The notes beneath the pieces are model-generated. The model was not told where the DNA came from. It did no database searches and saw only the letters and a list, made by a program, of their open reading frames with translations. The position numbers and the translations under genes were made by a program. A DNA stretch of 64,000 bases from NCBI GenBank assembly GCA_964541905.1, contig CAZIRU010000001.1, positions 141,490 to 205,489 of the forward strand, given 5' to 3'. This document shows, piece by piece, positions 9,839 to 19,136 of the stretch (position 1 is its first letter; each line of letters starts with the position of its first letter). The DNA comes from an uncultured Verrucomicrobiota bacterium. GTDB lineage: Bacteria > Verrucomicrobiota > Verrucomicrobiia > CAZIPW01.

Positions 9839-11269
9839 TCAAACGAGCACAAGGCCTTCCGTAACCTTTTCGGGCACACGACCTTCGGCGTGGCGAACTT
9901 TAAACTCTTCTAGGGTCTCGGCAAAGAGCGGTGAGATTTCAAAATTCACCAATGGAACACCGTTCGCATCGCAGGGAATCTCAACTCCCACGCTTTTGAA
10001 CCAAAATGCCCACAGCTTAAGCTGGTCCTCGCGGCACGAGACGGCTGAGTCCACGCCTTCCGCGTTTTTAATAGGGCTAAACTCCTCACGCGTGGTTGGT
10101 GTCACCATGCTATTTTCAGCCATAGGAATCGCATCGAAAATAAATTGTTCGAACTTTGTCGCATTCGGCTCAGCCGGCGAGACAATCTTTTCGCCATCCC
10201 AAAAGGGGACTTTTTTATAGGCGCGATGATAGGGAAGGGCGGCCGTCTTGGCGATTTGCCGGATAAAGCTCACATCAATCGCGTGGATGGCGATACTGCC
10301 CTGATTAAAACGCAACTCCCCCTCGCTTGTGCGTTCATTCGCCAGCGCCTCGGGCATATCCACATACTCAATGACACTCACTCTGCCGTCTCTTCTCACA
10401 AAATTGCCGACCTTTTCCATCGGCCCACGCTTGGGAAGGCTCTTGGAGCTAAATTGGCTGCGTAAAATCTTATGAGCCCCTAAAAAGACCGGGTCAAGAA
10501 TACGCACAAGGGGGTTATCCACTTGCCAATAGCTTAAAGTAGCCACGCTGCGCCGCTGCAGCCAGTCCAGCGCTCCCGAATTTTGGAGCCCCTTGATGGC
10601 GCCACCATGTCCATCGGGATTTAGAGCAAGGCTTGTGGGCGAAGCCAAAAGCATCTCGTGCGTTTTTGTATCTACCGCAGGCATGGTCCCCTGCTCAAAA
10701 AAGAAAATTTGCTCCTCTTTGAGGCCAAAAAACTTTTTCTCCCAAAAGTATTCGACTGTTTGATTATTATTTTGCGGGCTTGTCATGATGATCCAGGGGA
10801 TCGTCGCGCCCGAACGACACTGCGCCGTGAGGATTTTCTCCGCAAAAACCTGAAAAAGAGATGCGCGCCGCACGGGGGTGGTCGGAAAGCAGCCCTTTGG
10901 ACCCTCGAACCCCAACCGAGACCCTTGACCGCCCGCGACCACAAAAAGCGCCACTTGCCCGGAAGCAATCATATCTTCGCCTATTTCACGGGCTGTCTTT
11001 TGGTCAAACGCCGCCAGCTCCACCGGCTGCAACTTGTCTGTTTTCACCTTTTCCGCGGAGGGTTTTTCCTTCAAGAGCCTCTTAAGCGCTTCAAAATCAA
11101 CGCTTTCAAGCTCAGCAAAAAGATCGGCTTGTTGTGGCGTCGCCAGGGACTTGAAGTGCGCAATGAGCTTCTTTTGCCCCAGTTTTTCAAGTACGGCAAC
11201 AACTTTATCGCGCGAAATGGAGAATTTGTTCGTTGGGATAGGCATAACCAATTTTTTCTCGGATGACAT
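9839..11269 (-). CDS. UDP-sugar pyrophosphorylase, UDPGP family (UAP1 / UDP-GlcNAc pyrophosphorylase-like, eukaryote-type)
   Basis: Motifs VAGGQGSRLG, MTSPQNN..T..YF and NPDGHGG typical of the UDPGP family. Start moved to the ATG at 11269 (MSSEKK) to limit overlap with the upstream ftsB-like gene. Confidence 0.7.
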   Translation of the reverse strand: MSSEKKLVMPIPTNKFSISRDKVVAVLEKLGQKKLIAHFKSLATPQQADLFAELESVDFEALKRLLKEKPSAEKVKTDKLQPVELAAFDQKTAREIGEDMIASGQVALFVVAGGQGSRLGFEGPKGCFPTTPVRRASLFQVFAEKILTAQCRSGATIPWIIMTSPQNNNQTVEYFWEKKFFGLKEEQIFFFEQGTMPAVDTKTHEMLLASPTSLALNPDGHGGAIKGLQNSGALDWLQRRSVATLSYWQVDNPLVRILDPVFLGAHKILRSQFSSKSLPKRGPMEKVGNFVRRDGRVSVIEYVDMPEALANERTSEGELRFNQGSIAIHAIDVSFIRQIAKTAALPYHRAYKKVPFWDGEKIVSPAEPNATKFEQFIFDAIPMAENSMVTPTTREEFSPIKNAEGVDSAVSCREDQLKLWAFWFKSVGVEIPCDANGVPLVNFEISPLFAETLEEFKVRHAEGRVPEKVTEGLVLV

Positions 11270-11489
11270 GTTTCTGAAATTCCTTGTTGTTTTGCAGCGC
11301 CGCCAGAGTGGTCTTTTGCGCAGTAATATCTTCACGAAGCTCCAGCAAACGAGCTTGTGCGACCCTTTCGCGATCTGAAAAATGGCCATACTCGCGGAAA
11401 CTCTGCAAACCAAAATAAATCGAAAAGACAGTTGCGCCAATTAAAAGCGCTCCCAAAAACCCCAAGAAAAATTTTCCACTAAGCGTCAC
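11205..11489 (-). CDS. septum formation initiator FtsB/DivIC-like
   Basis: 94 aa with a single N-terminal TM (FFLGFLGALLIGATVFSIYF) then coiled coil. The C-terminal EKIGYAYPNEQILHF resembles the FtsB tail. Confidence 0.5.
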   Translation of the reverse strand: MTLSGKFFLGFLGALLIGATVFSIYFGLQSFREYGHFSDRERVAQARLLELREDITAQKTTLAALQNNKEFQKHVIREKIGYAYPNEQILHFAR

Positions 11490-11558
11490 GCCTTCTATTC
11501 AGAAGTAAAATTTATTTTTTGCAAGACAGAAGCAAAAAATTTTGAGAATTTTTACGAA

Positions 11559-12191
11559 CTACCCCCAGACAACCGCCACTTCTGAAGCTCCAACAAAAGC
11601 CGCCGCTTCTGTTTCCGCAGCCAAGATCTCCATAGCGTCGGCCCAACGCGCATCCATGGTTTCGGCCGGCAATCCGTCAAGAACGAGCCTCAAAGAATTT
11701 TGTGCGCCCGTCACAAAGATTGCCGAAGCTGCGCCCGATTTTACAAACCATCCCAGCAAAACCGAAAAAAGGCGCCAAAGCGATGGATCGGTGGCTTTGA
11801 TTTCAAAGGCAACACACTTCTCCTTCTCGAAACGAAAGCGCTGATCATAAGGGAGCATCAAATCCATTAGATCTTTGTTCCCAGCCAAAAACTCGACAAC
11901 ATTGCGATGTGTACACTCTCCACCTTGAGCCATAAGGGTACGAATACGCCTTTGAAGCTGGGCTGACTTGCTACTGGCGTGGATGATCAAATCCAAATGA
12001 GGATCCAAAACATCTTGTTGGGCCCCCTTGAGGGTCTCGGCTAAGGTGCCAATCCCAGCCAAAGCATTATTAACCTCGTGGATAAAGCCACGATAAAGCG
12101 ACACTTGCGCCTCAAGGATTTGCTTTTCCAAAAAAAGCGCAGCTTCTTGAGTTTTTAAAGAACTCAAGCGTTGAGGCAATTCCGCGTCCAT
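11559..12191 (-). CDS. histidine-kinase-like protein (DHp H-box present, ATPase domain degenerate)
   Basis: An H-box FIHEVNNALAGI is preceded by a coiled coil. No clear N/G1/G2 ATP-binding boxes were found in the remaining ~100 aa. Confidence 0.45.
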   Translation of the reverse strand: MDAELPQRLSSLKTQEAALFLEKQILEAQVSLYRGFIHEVNNALAGIGTLAETLKGAQQDVLDPHLDLIIHASSKSAQLQRRIRTLMAQGGECTHRNVVEFLAGNKDLMDLMLPYDQRFRFEKEKCVAFEIKATDPSLWRLFSVLLGWFVKSGAASAIFVTGAQNSLRLVLDGLPAETMDARWADAMEILAAETEAAAFVGASEVAVVWG

Positions 12192-12508
12192 TATTCAGCT
12201 GACTTGCCTTCTAGAAGCGCCAATTCTTTCTTACTCACACGGCCAGCGCGATTATTCGGCACAAAAGTACCTTCAGCGCGATACTGACGGATTTTATTGC
12301 GAAGAGTGCGCAGGCTGACGCCCAAGATTTGGGCAGCGTGAGTACGATTACCGCGAGCAATTCGCAGTGTTTGCAAAATATGCTCTTTTTCGACGGTCGC
12401 CAGCGTGGGGACTTCCTGGCGGTTCATGGGCTTCCAGACAATCTTGGCATTGTCTATGACGATAGAGGGGACAGTGTCGGGGTTGTTCGAAGTAACAGGG
12501 TTTTTCAT
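12191..12508 (-). CDS. stand-alone Fis-family HTH DNA-binding protein (NtrC C-terminal-like)
   Basis: The C-terminal HILQTLRIARGNRTHAAQILGVSLRTLRNKIRQY is a Fis-type HTH_8 motif. Its stop/start overlaps the upstream HK-like gene by 1 nt. Confidence 0.6.
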   Translation of the reverse strand: MKNPVTSNNPDTVPSIVIDNAKIVWKPMNRQEVPTLATVEKEHILQTLRIARGNRTHAAQILGVSLRTLRNKIRQYRAEGTFVPNNRAGRVSKKELALLEGKSAE

Positions 12509-12918
12509 ATAATGTTTATTTTACTAGGGTTGTTATTTTTTGTCAAGAATTAGGGTAATCCTTTATGGAAATTTACAAATGTCAATACCAAAACAAAGTT
12601 TTTTTTACAAAAGGCCATTAATTCCGTATTTTACAACTTTTTTAAATTTTTATACTAAACACTCGTGCAAATTCTACCGATAAGAAGGCGTCGGATGAGA
12701 AAAAGCCCTCCAGTTCTCTCACAAAGAGTCCCCGCAGGGATCAGGCGGCGCATGCGCGGGCGCAGTACCGCTCGAAAAACACGCACACAAGTGGTCGCGC
12801 GCGGCAGAAAACTTATCAAGACGCCCGGCTATCCTCCGCGCCACATAGTTTTACAATTGGCAAAATCTTTTGCCGCCCAAATTCTATCAGAAAGAAACTA
12901 AGGGAGCCGCATCTGGGC

Positions 12919-13656
12919 CTACGGCATTTCGCGGCGATACTTCGCCAATAGCGGAAATAGCCGCAATGCCTCAATATAGCGCCGCCCGGGATGCACTCGC
13001 ATCTGCCGTCTTTGTGCCCGCGGGGTAAAAAAACTCCGGAAAAACCAGCCCAAGAACAAGCTATCTGCCCAATCAGGCACTTGTGTTTGCGCACCTGTTA
13101 AAAGATCTATCGCTCCTCCTGTGCAAAGAATAAGGGGGTGGAATGCTAGATTTTGCTTCAGATATTGTCCCACTGGTTCCTGCGTGCCTCCCCCTAGGTT
13201 AATAACAATAGCCTGCGGTTGGTGCTGTTTGGCCATACTTAAAAGGGCCTCATCGCGGATAGGCTGTGCCTCGGGGTACATTGGCGCGCAATAGTGTGAA
13301 GAAAGTGCTGCCGGAAATTTTTGATCTATCTCTAAAAATAGAGCGTTGCGCTTTTGTGCGGCAGGGGAGGGGTGTACCCATAAAATTCGGTTATTTTTAG
13401 GTCCGCGCAAAAAATCCTTCAAAAAACGCAGTCCGGAAATTCGTTTCAAGCGCTCGCCGCTTAGTAAAAACCAGCTTAAGGTTAAGAATCCGCTATCTAC
13501 AAACCGCACATCCGCCGCCAAAAGAGCCTCACGGTACCGCGCATCACGGTCTAGTGTCGCCAGGCTTGGTCCTGCTGGAAACACACATAACCCGCGCGCC
13601 CTTAAGACCGCCTCTTTGGGGTCTCCGTCATAAAACTCAAGCCCCAGAATGCGCAT
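12919..13656 (-). CDS. WecB/TagA/CpsF family glycosyltransferase (GT26)
   Basis: Family motifs INLGGGTQE and ILCTGGAIDLLTG; 245 aa, typical family size. Confidence 0.7.
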   Translation of the reverse strand: MRILGLEFYDGDPKEAVLRARGLCVFPAGPSLATLDRDARYREALLAADVRFVDSGFLTLSWFLLSGERLKRISGLRFLKDFLRGPKNNRILWVHPSPAAQKRNALFLEIDQKFPAALSSHYCAPMYPEAQPIRDEALLSMAKQHQPQAIVINLGGGTQEPVGQYLKQNLAFHPLILCTGGAIDLLTGAQTQVPDWADSLFLGWFFRSFFTPRAQRRQMRVHPGRRYIEALRLFPLLAKYRREMP

Positions 13657-13671
13657 AAATAATTATATTTA

Positions 13672-13744
<73 letters not shown>

Positions 13745-13802
13745 GAAAAAGCCATTTTCTCAAAAAACTCCTTTCGAGTCAATCTTGAAGCATTTCTAGT
13801 CT

Positions 13803-16553
13803 TTAAAACTCTAAACTCTGCGCATACATAGTCGCGTATAAATACACGCTCACCGCCTTGCCGCTCAACTTCTCAAAGGCCGCCTTGTATGCCAACATTT
13901 GCGGTTTGTAAATTTCAGCAATCTGCTCAAGGGGCATTTGGTCCGTTTTCCAATCCACCACACAAACGCCCTCTGGCGTTTCCAAAAGCAAATCCACGCG
14001 GCCCTCCAATACCATCCCGTCAATTTTTGCAAAGAAAGGCACTTCCGTTGAAGCGTTGCCGGAAGCGATTTTTTGCCAAAGTGAATGTTTTTTTAAAGCC
14101 TCAAGCTCCGCTTTCAGGCGCGGATATTTGAACCGCTCCACCTTTTTAACAAACTCGATTCCACGCGCCCATAAGCCATGCCACGCGTCCCCATATTCAA
14201 GACCACCCTCTTCTTTTCCCTTTCCTCGGATCGCCTCTTCATCCACAAAACTGGTTGGAGAGCGCACCGGACAATCTTGCGGTGTTTGCCATTCCACGGG
14301 GGCGCGCGCTTCTGCTTGCTCACAAACTTCTCCCCAATCAAAACCAGGGGGCCCCAACTGCTTAAAAGCTTCTTCAAAGCAACCTCCCGCTGCAATGCCA
14401 AGCCGCGCTGCTGCAGAATTGGTGGCTGTTTTGTAATACTTCGCATCATCCACCAAAATCAGCGCTTCTTTTGCGCGCGTTTGCGCCACGTACAAAAGAC
14501 GGTTCAGGTTTCCATCTTCCGTTTTTTCATCGTCTTGCCACAAAAGCTTTTTACTTGAAAGGTCCGGGTAGGGGTATTTTTCACGTCCATCATTGTTGGG
14601 CCTGTGCAAAAAAGGAAGCACAACAATGGGCCACTCCAAACCCTTGGCTTTGTGAATGCTCATCAGCTGAATGGCACCTCTCTCAACAGCAAGCTCTGCG
14701 CGCTCTGTCTCCATTTTTTCCAAAAGCTCCGCGGCCGTGTGGCATTGTGTGGCTAGACTAAAAATCCACATTTTTGTCTGACGCCATTCTTGAGCAAAGC
14801 CAGCTCCATACACTCCACCGAGAGCCAGCATCTTTTCATCCAGATTTATCGCCGCTATAATTTTTTTGAGCGCCTCAATGAGCGAATCCTTTCGCCCCCC
14901 AGCCCAACTTGCGCGCAAGGCCAACATCTCTTCCCTTAACGCCACGGGCATATCCTCCGGCAGTGGCGCACTTTCCATAAGCGACAAAACTTGTGGTGTA
15001 TTTTTAGTCACCCGCGAAAGCTCAAGGTCTGAACAAGCCGAAATTTCGCGCAGAAGCCCTACTAGCTCAAAACTATCAAAGGGCCTCCATAGAAGATATA
15101 TGAGGGATTGAAGGGTTTTATAAGCTGCCGACTTGGGTCCGGCAGGCGCGTGAATTTGCACGCGCAAACCTTCCTCTATGAGCGTTATTCGTAGCTTGTG
15201 CAGCCATCTTTTTTGTAATGCCAGGACTGCAATCTCGTGCGCGCGGCCCTCAGGAATTTTGAGCGCCATAATTTTTTTGGCCACCTCTCGTGCCACCGCC
15301 CAATCACTTTTTTCAACCTCAGGAATTTCGCTAAAACTCGGCGCCGGCAGCTTCCAGCGAAACACTCCTCCCTCCGAAGCATCTTCTCGCGCTTCCAGCT
15401 GTACATACTCCGCTTGAGCCGCTCCACCTTGCAACAACGCAGGGCCCACTTTATTCACCCAATCCACCACCTCTCGCGAACAACGGAAGGTTTGCTCCAG
15501 TGTCAACGCCTCAACCCCCTCGTCTCTTTGAAGCTCTTGGTGCATTTTCAAGTAATATGCGATTGAGGCGCGTTCAGGGAAAATCGTCTGTTGAGGATCT
15601 CCGACCATTGTAAGTTGTATTTTCCGCTCTTTCCGAGCGGCCAGCGCACGCAGTATTTCCATTTGTTTAGGGCTGGTATCCTGCGCCTCATCCAAGACAA
15701 TATTCCAAGTCCCCGCTTCGCTATATTCCCTTATTTTTTCAAACGTCACTGCAATAAGGTCCTCAAAAAAATAAATACCCTTTTCGCGCCGCCAACGCGC
15801 AAACCTCCAGGCAATATGCTGCGCATACAACATGCCTTGCTGGCCCTTCCATTTTTCATAAGGCTCAAAAAACTCCCTAAAAAACGGATAGGCCTTCGAT
15901 GTTTTTTCTGGATACTTCGGCAGCTCTGGCATCACCCACTGCGAATCCTCGACTGTTTTTTTGAGCGCTTCCGCATAAACCCGCAAGCGCTCTATAGGCT
16001 TTTTTGCAGGGCCGCTTATTTGGCACTCCTTAATTTTGTGAAAGGGGAAGGGGGGAGCTTGTGTAAATTCGTTTTCAGCAATTTTTCGCGCATCAACCAA
16101 CTCCAACAACCCTTCTCTAAACATTTCAAAATGCCGCCAAAAGCGTTTTTGAATTTCTGTTGAAAAATCATCCAGCGGATTGGGTTCTTCCGCTTCAAAA
16201 CTTGCGTAGACTTTTTTTAAATTCGTCGCTAATTGGATATTTTGCGGCAACGCCCATTTTTTAGCGTTTTTTTTGATTAACTCATGGCAAAAAGAATGAA
16301 TCGTCCCGATAAAAAGCCCCTGCGCCGGCAATGATTTTTTATCCGAACGCAAGCGCGCCTCCAACCGCTCGCGCATTTCTTGCGCGGCTTTTTTAGTGTA
16401 GGTGACGAGCGCTAAAGGTGTTTTTCCCGCCTGCAACATAGCCCTCACGCGGCCTATGATAGCTCGCGTTTTGCCGGCTCCCGCGGGCGCAATGACGCTA
16501 AAGGGTTGCTCTATCTCGCCTTCAAAACGCGCGCGCACCTCTCTATCAGACAT
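13803..16553 (-). CDS. addA: UvrD/REP-type helicase with C-terminal PD-(D/E)xK nuclease domain (AddA/RecB-like)
   Basis: Walker A APAGAGKTRAII, UvrD-like helicase motifs (TYTKKAA, VLDEAQDTSP), and a C-terminal VDLLLETPEGVCVVDWKTD nuclease motif. 916 aa. Confidence 0.75.
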   Translation of the reverse strand: MSDREVRARFEGEIEQPFSVIAPAGAGKTRAIIGRVRAMLQAGKTPLALVTYTKKAAQEMRERLEARLRSDKKSLPAQGLFIGTIHSFCHELIKKNAKKWALPQNIQLATNLKKVYASFEAEEPNPLDDFSTEIQKRFWRHFEMFREGLLELVDARKIAENEFTQAPPFPFHKIKECQISGPAKKPIERLRVYAEALKKTVEDSQWVMPELPKYPEKTSKAYPFFREFFEPYEKWKGQQGMLYAQHIAWRFARWRREKGIYFFEDLIAVTFEKIREYSEAGTWNIVLDEAQDTSPKQMEILRALAARKERKIQLTMVGDPQQTIFPERASIAYYLKMHQELQRDEGVEALTLEQTFRCSREVVDWVNKVGPALLQGGAAQAEYVQLEAREDASEGGVFRWKLPAPSFSEIPEVEKSDWAVAREVAKKIMALKIPEGRAHEIAVLALQKRWLHKLRITLIEEGLRVQIHAPAGPKSAAYKTLQSLIYLLWRPFDSFELVGLLREISACSDLELSRVTKNTPQVLSLMESAPLPEDMPVALREEMLALRASWAGGRKDSLIEALKKIIAAINLDEKMLALGGVYGAGFAQEWRQTKMWIFSLATQCHTAAELLEKMETERAELAVERGAIQLMSIHKAKGLEWPIVVLPFLHRPNNDGREKYPYPDLSSKKLLWQDDEKTEDGNLNRLLYVAQTRAKEALILVDDAKYYKTATNSAAARLGIAAGGCFEEAFKQLGPPGFDWGEVCEQAEARAPVEWQTPQDCPVRSPTSFVDEEAIRGKGKEEGGLEYGDAWHGLWARGIEFVKKVERFKYPRLKAELEALKKHSLWQKIASGNASTEVPFFAKIDGMVLEGRVDLLLETPEGVCVVDWKTDQMPLEQIAEIYKPQMLAYKAAFEKLSGKAVSVYLYATMYAQSLEF

Positions 16554-18711
16554 GGCGCCTCCTTTCCATTAAAACAGGATCCACAGCCCAAGCCGCTTGG
16601 GGTAATATTCCCGCTTTAGCGTAAGGCGAGAAAACTCCACCCTGTTGCCCCAAGACACCGCTTTGGGCTTTTTGGGCCATCTCTTTTTCGCACTCAAAAA
16701 CTTCTTCTTCGCTGACTATTCTTTGTATCGAAAAGCCGGTCTTTTTCGAAAAACGACACAAGCCCCACCTGCCACCCAACAGCCTTGCGTACAAAAGCAG
16801 CTGCAACCCATCCGCTTCTTTAAAATCGCTGATTTTTTTGGAACTTCCGGTTTTGAAATCCACTACTACGCGCTCCCCGTTCACCTCCACAAGCTGATCC
16901 GCCACGCCCACAAGATCAACACCCAACCAAACTCCTCTGAGTTTTTTCTCAATCTCCAAAACACGCACGCCCGAGAGAGCTTTCTGAAAATCCAACGCCA
17001 AGCGTTTTGCTTGTGCGCGCGCGCAAAGCCATCTCAATGCATCCGATGAATTATCTTCTTCAAAAGCGGATTTTCTTTTTGGGGTTGAGGCCCACACCGC
17101 CAGCGCCTCGTGAACCCACTCGCCTATGATCATTTTTTCACTCCAGTCTTTTGGTAAAAGCCCAATAAGTTTATACCAGCACACCTCCGGTTGTGTGAAA
17201 ATTTCCTCCCATGTTTTCGCGCTCGCGCGCAATGGAGGCTCTAGCGCATAATCATTTGGCCCAAAAGGATTTGCTGCATTATTGCGGGTGGCGTGTTTTT
17301 TTTGTAATTCCTCCGCAAAGCTTTTTTGCGCCTTGTATATTCTTTTTTGAACACTGGGAAGCTCAACTGAATTCGCAAGTTTCGCCCATGAACAATTTTC
17401 TTTTGCCAACTCCTCCATTGCAAAGAGTTCCTCGGCATTGTCCGTTCGCGCCCACATACGCGGGTCTTTTTGTTCGAGATTCCACCGCGCCAATTCAGCC
17501 GCAAGCTTTTCTATTTTAACCTCCGGCGCACTTCTTCTACTCCAAAGCACCAATGTCTCATTATCAAAAAGACCTTGCGCGCGCTCAAAAGGCACAACGC
17601 TTATTTCTTCGTACGCGGCCGTTTCCTTCTCATCCATTTGTTCCAACCCCTCCAAATACCACTCGCGCGAAACCTCCTTGGGGAGCATTTTTTTTATTAG
17701 AGATAGCCTTTTAGTAAAAGATTGTGTGCGTTCGGGGAAAAACCCCGCGCAAGCTGCCGTAAATTCCTCTATTGAACCTTTTGGAGGCAGACAAAAAGCA
17801 GGCTCTATGGCCACGAAGGCGCCATCCTTTTTCCACTGTTGTTTGCGGTTTATCCGCAACTGCTCTAGCGCTTCTTTTTCTTCAAATTTGTTTGCGATGG
17901 CACTTTTCATCCATTCTTCATAGAAAGCTTTTTCCTCTAGTGTTTTTCTACAATCCGCCAAAAATGCCCGCTCCCACCAGCCTTGTGTTTCATTTTTAAA
18001 AAGCGCTGCCACTATTCCTAGGGCTTCGTCGCCAGAATAAACCACTCTGGAGAATCTTCTTTTCACTAAACATTCTTTTGTGGCCTCCAAGAGATCTCCC
18101 GCGGTGTCGGTTTCTATTAGGATTTGTTCTATGGCGCCGTTCATCTCGCACACCTCTTGTTCGTATGCAAATTTTTTTTCCCACGTTTCTATCGCGCGCG
18201 CTTGGGCCGCTGAGGGTATCTGCCCCGTCAAAAAACCAATCCCCAGCGATGGATATATACCCATAATTCGCGGATCAAACCCCACCGCAACATCTACCCG
18301 CAGCTCCACTTGCCAGGCTGCCCGAAGCCCCAGCTGGCGCATCGCTGAAAAAACATTTTCCGAAAGCTCTCTAAGGATGTTTTCTTTAAAGAAATCTTCC
18401 GGCACACCCCCGGCAACACCAATTTCCATCAGCGCCTCAGCCCACTCATCAACCCCAACCCAATCATCCTCCCAAGCTCGGCCTATCATTTTTAACTCCC
18501 AAAGCCCCAAACTTCCCTCACGGCGCTCCAACTCACCCCGCGTAATAATATCCCACCCCCAAAACCCTCCTATTTCCTCTAAAATATATTTTTTTATTGT
18601 CTTTTTTTGCTCCGGGGTGGCCACAAGCAACACTCCGTTTTGCTTTTTTTTTAAAAGCGCTTTTAGCCAATTTTCCCAATGTTCTTTTATATTTCGCCCC
18701 AGCCAAATCAT
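16546..18711 (-). CDS. addB: AddB-like PD-(D/E)xK nuclease partner subunit
   Basis: 721 aa with a C-terminal ERVVVDFKTGSSKK nuclease motif. It overlaps the addA-like start by 8 nt, giving the addB-addA order seen in AddAB operons. Confidence 0.6.
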   Translation of the reverse strand: MIWLGRNIKEHWENWLKALLKKKQNGVLLVATPEQKKTIKKYILEEIGGFWGWDIITRGELERREGSLGLWELKMIGRAWEDDWVGVDEWAEALMEIGVAGGVPEDFFKENILRELSENVFSAMRQLGLRAAWQVELRVDVAVGFDPRIMGIYPSLGIGFLTGQIPSAAQARAIETWEKKFAYEQEVCEMNGAIEQILIETDTAGDLLEATKECLVKRRFSRVVYSGDEALGIVAALFKNETQGWWERAFLADCRKTLEEKAFYEEWMKSAIANKFEEKEALEQLRINRKQQWKKDGAFVAIEPAFCLPPKGSIEEFTAACAGFFPERTQSFTKRLSLIKKMLPKEVSREWYLEGLEQMDEKETAAYEEISVVPFERAQGLFDNETLVLWSRRSAPEVKIEKLAAELARWNLEQKDPRMWARTDNAEELFAMEELAKENCSWAKLANSVELPSVQKRIYKAQKSFAEELQKKHATRNNAANPFGPNDYALEPPLRASAKTWEEIFTQPEVCWYKLIGLLPKDWSEKMIIGEWVHEALAVWASTPKRKSAFEEDNSSDALRWLCARAQAKRLALDFQKALSGVRVLEIEKKLRGVWLGVDLVGVADQLVEVNGERVVVDFKTGSSKKISDFKEADGLQLLLYARLLGGRWGLCRFSKKTGFSIQRIVSEEEVFECEKEMAQKAQSGVLGQQGGVFSPYAKAGILPQAAWAVDPVLMERRRHV

Positions 18712-18791
18712 CTTAATTCCAGTCTATTGTATTTTAACAAAATTAACACAAAAAACTTGTCGTTGGCCGCTTTATTTATGAGAATACAGAG

Positions 18792-19136
18792 GTGTATCAG
18801 GTTTTTTTTAATGAAAAAAGCGCGTTGGTTTTTAAAGGTTTCTCTCAACAACGCCAGTTGGAGATTATCAATGCACTCAATACAATTACTCCAGATTCTT
18901 TAGCGCGCCCAGAAGAACCTTTTGGGTGTTTTAAACGAGCAGATACTATCTATTATCGCTACCGTTTTGAAGATTTGCGTTTTTATTTCACACTCAAAGG
19001 GGACCTTATTCACTGCGTCTATATTCTTCAAAAAAACACCTGGGGGGATTTTTGTTTACGCAGTAATTTAGAAAAAGTTTCTGATATTGAAGTTGAGTCC
19101 AAACCTCATTTTTGGGAATTTTTAGAAAACAACTGA
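18792..19136 (+). CDS. small protein with RelE/ParE-toxin-like sequence pattern (tentative)
   Basis: 114 aa. The region YYRYRFEDLRFYFTLKGDLIHCVYILQKN matches the RelE/ParE beta-strand pattern (yRi.vgdyRiiY.i.d..i.ilri). The ORF lies in an AT-rich tract and no antitoxin partner is visible. Confidence 0.3.
   Translation: MYQVFFNEKSALVFKGFSQQRQLEIINALNTITPDSLARPEEPFGCFKRADTIYYRYRFEDLRFYFTLKGDLIHCVYILQKNTWGDFCLRSNLEKVSDIEVESKPHFWEFLENN

Noticed and set aside
12665-12901. 78-aa extremely Arg-rich ORF in the intergenic region upstream of the Fis-like gene
   Set aside because: The very basic low-complexity sequence (RRRRMRK...RRRMRGR) is most likely a chance ORF in a promoter region. It cannot be excluded as a small nucleic-acid-binding protein without expression data.
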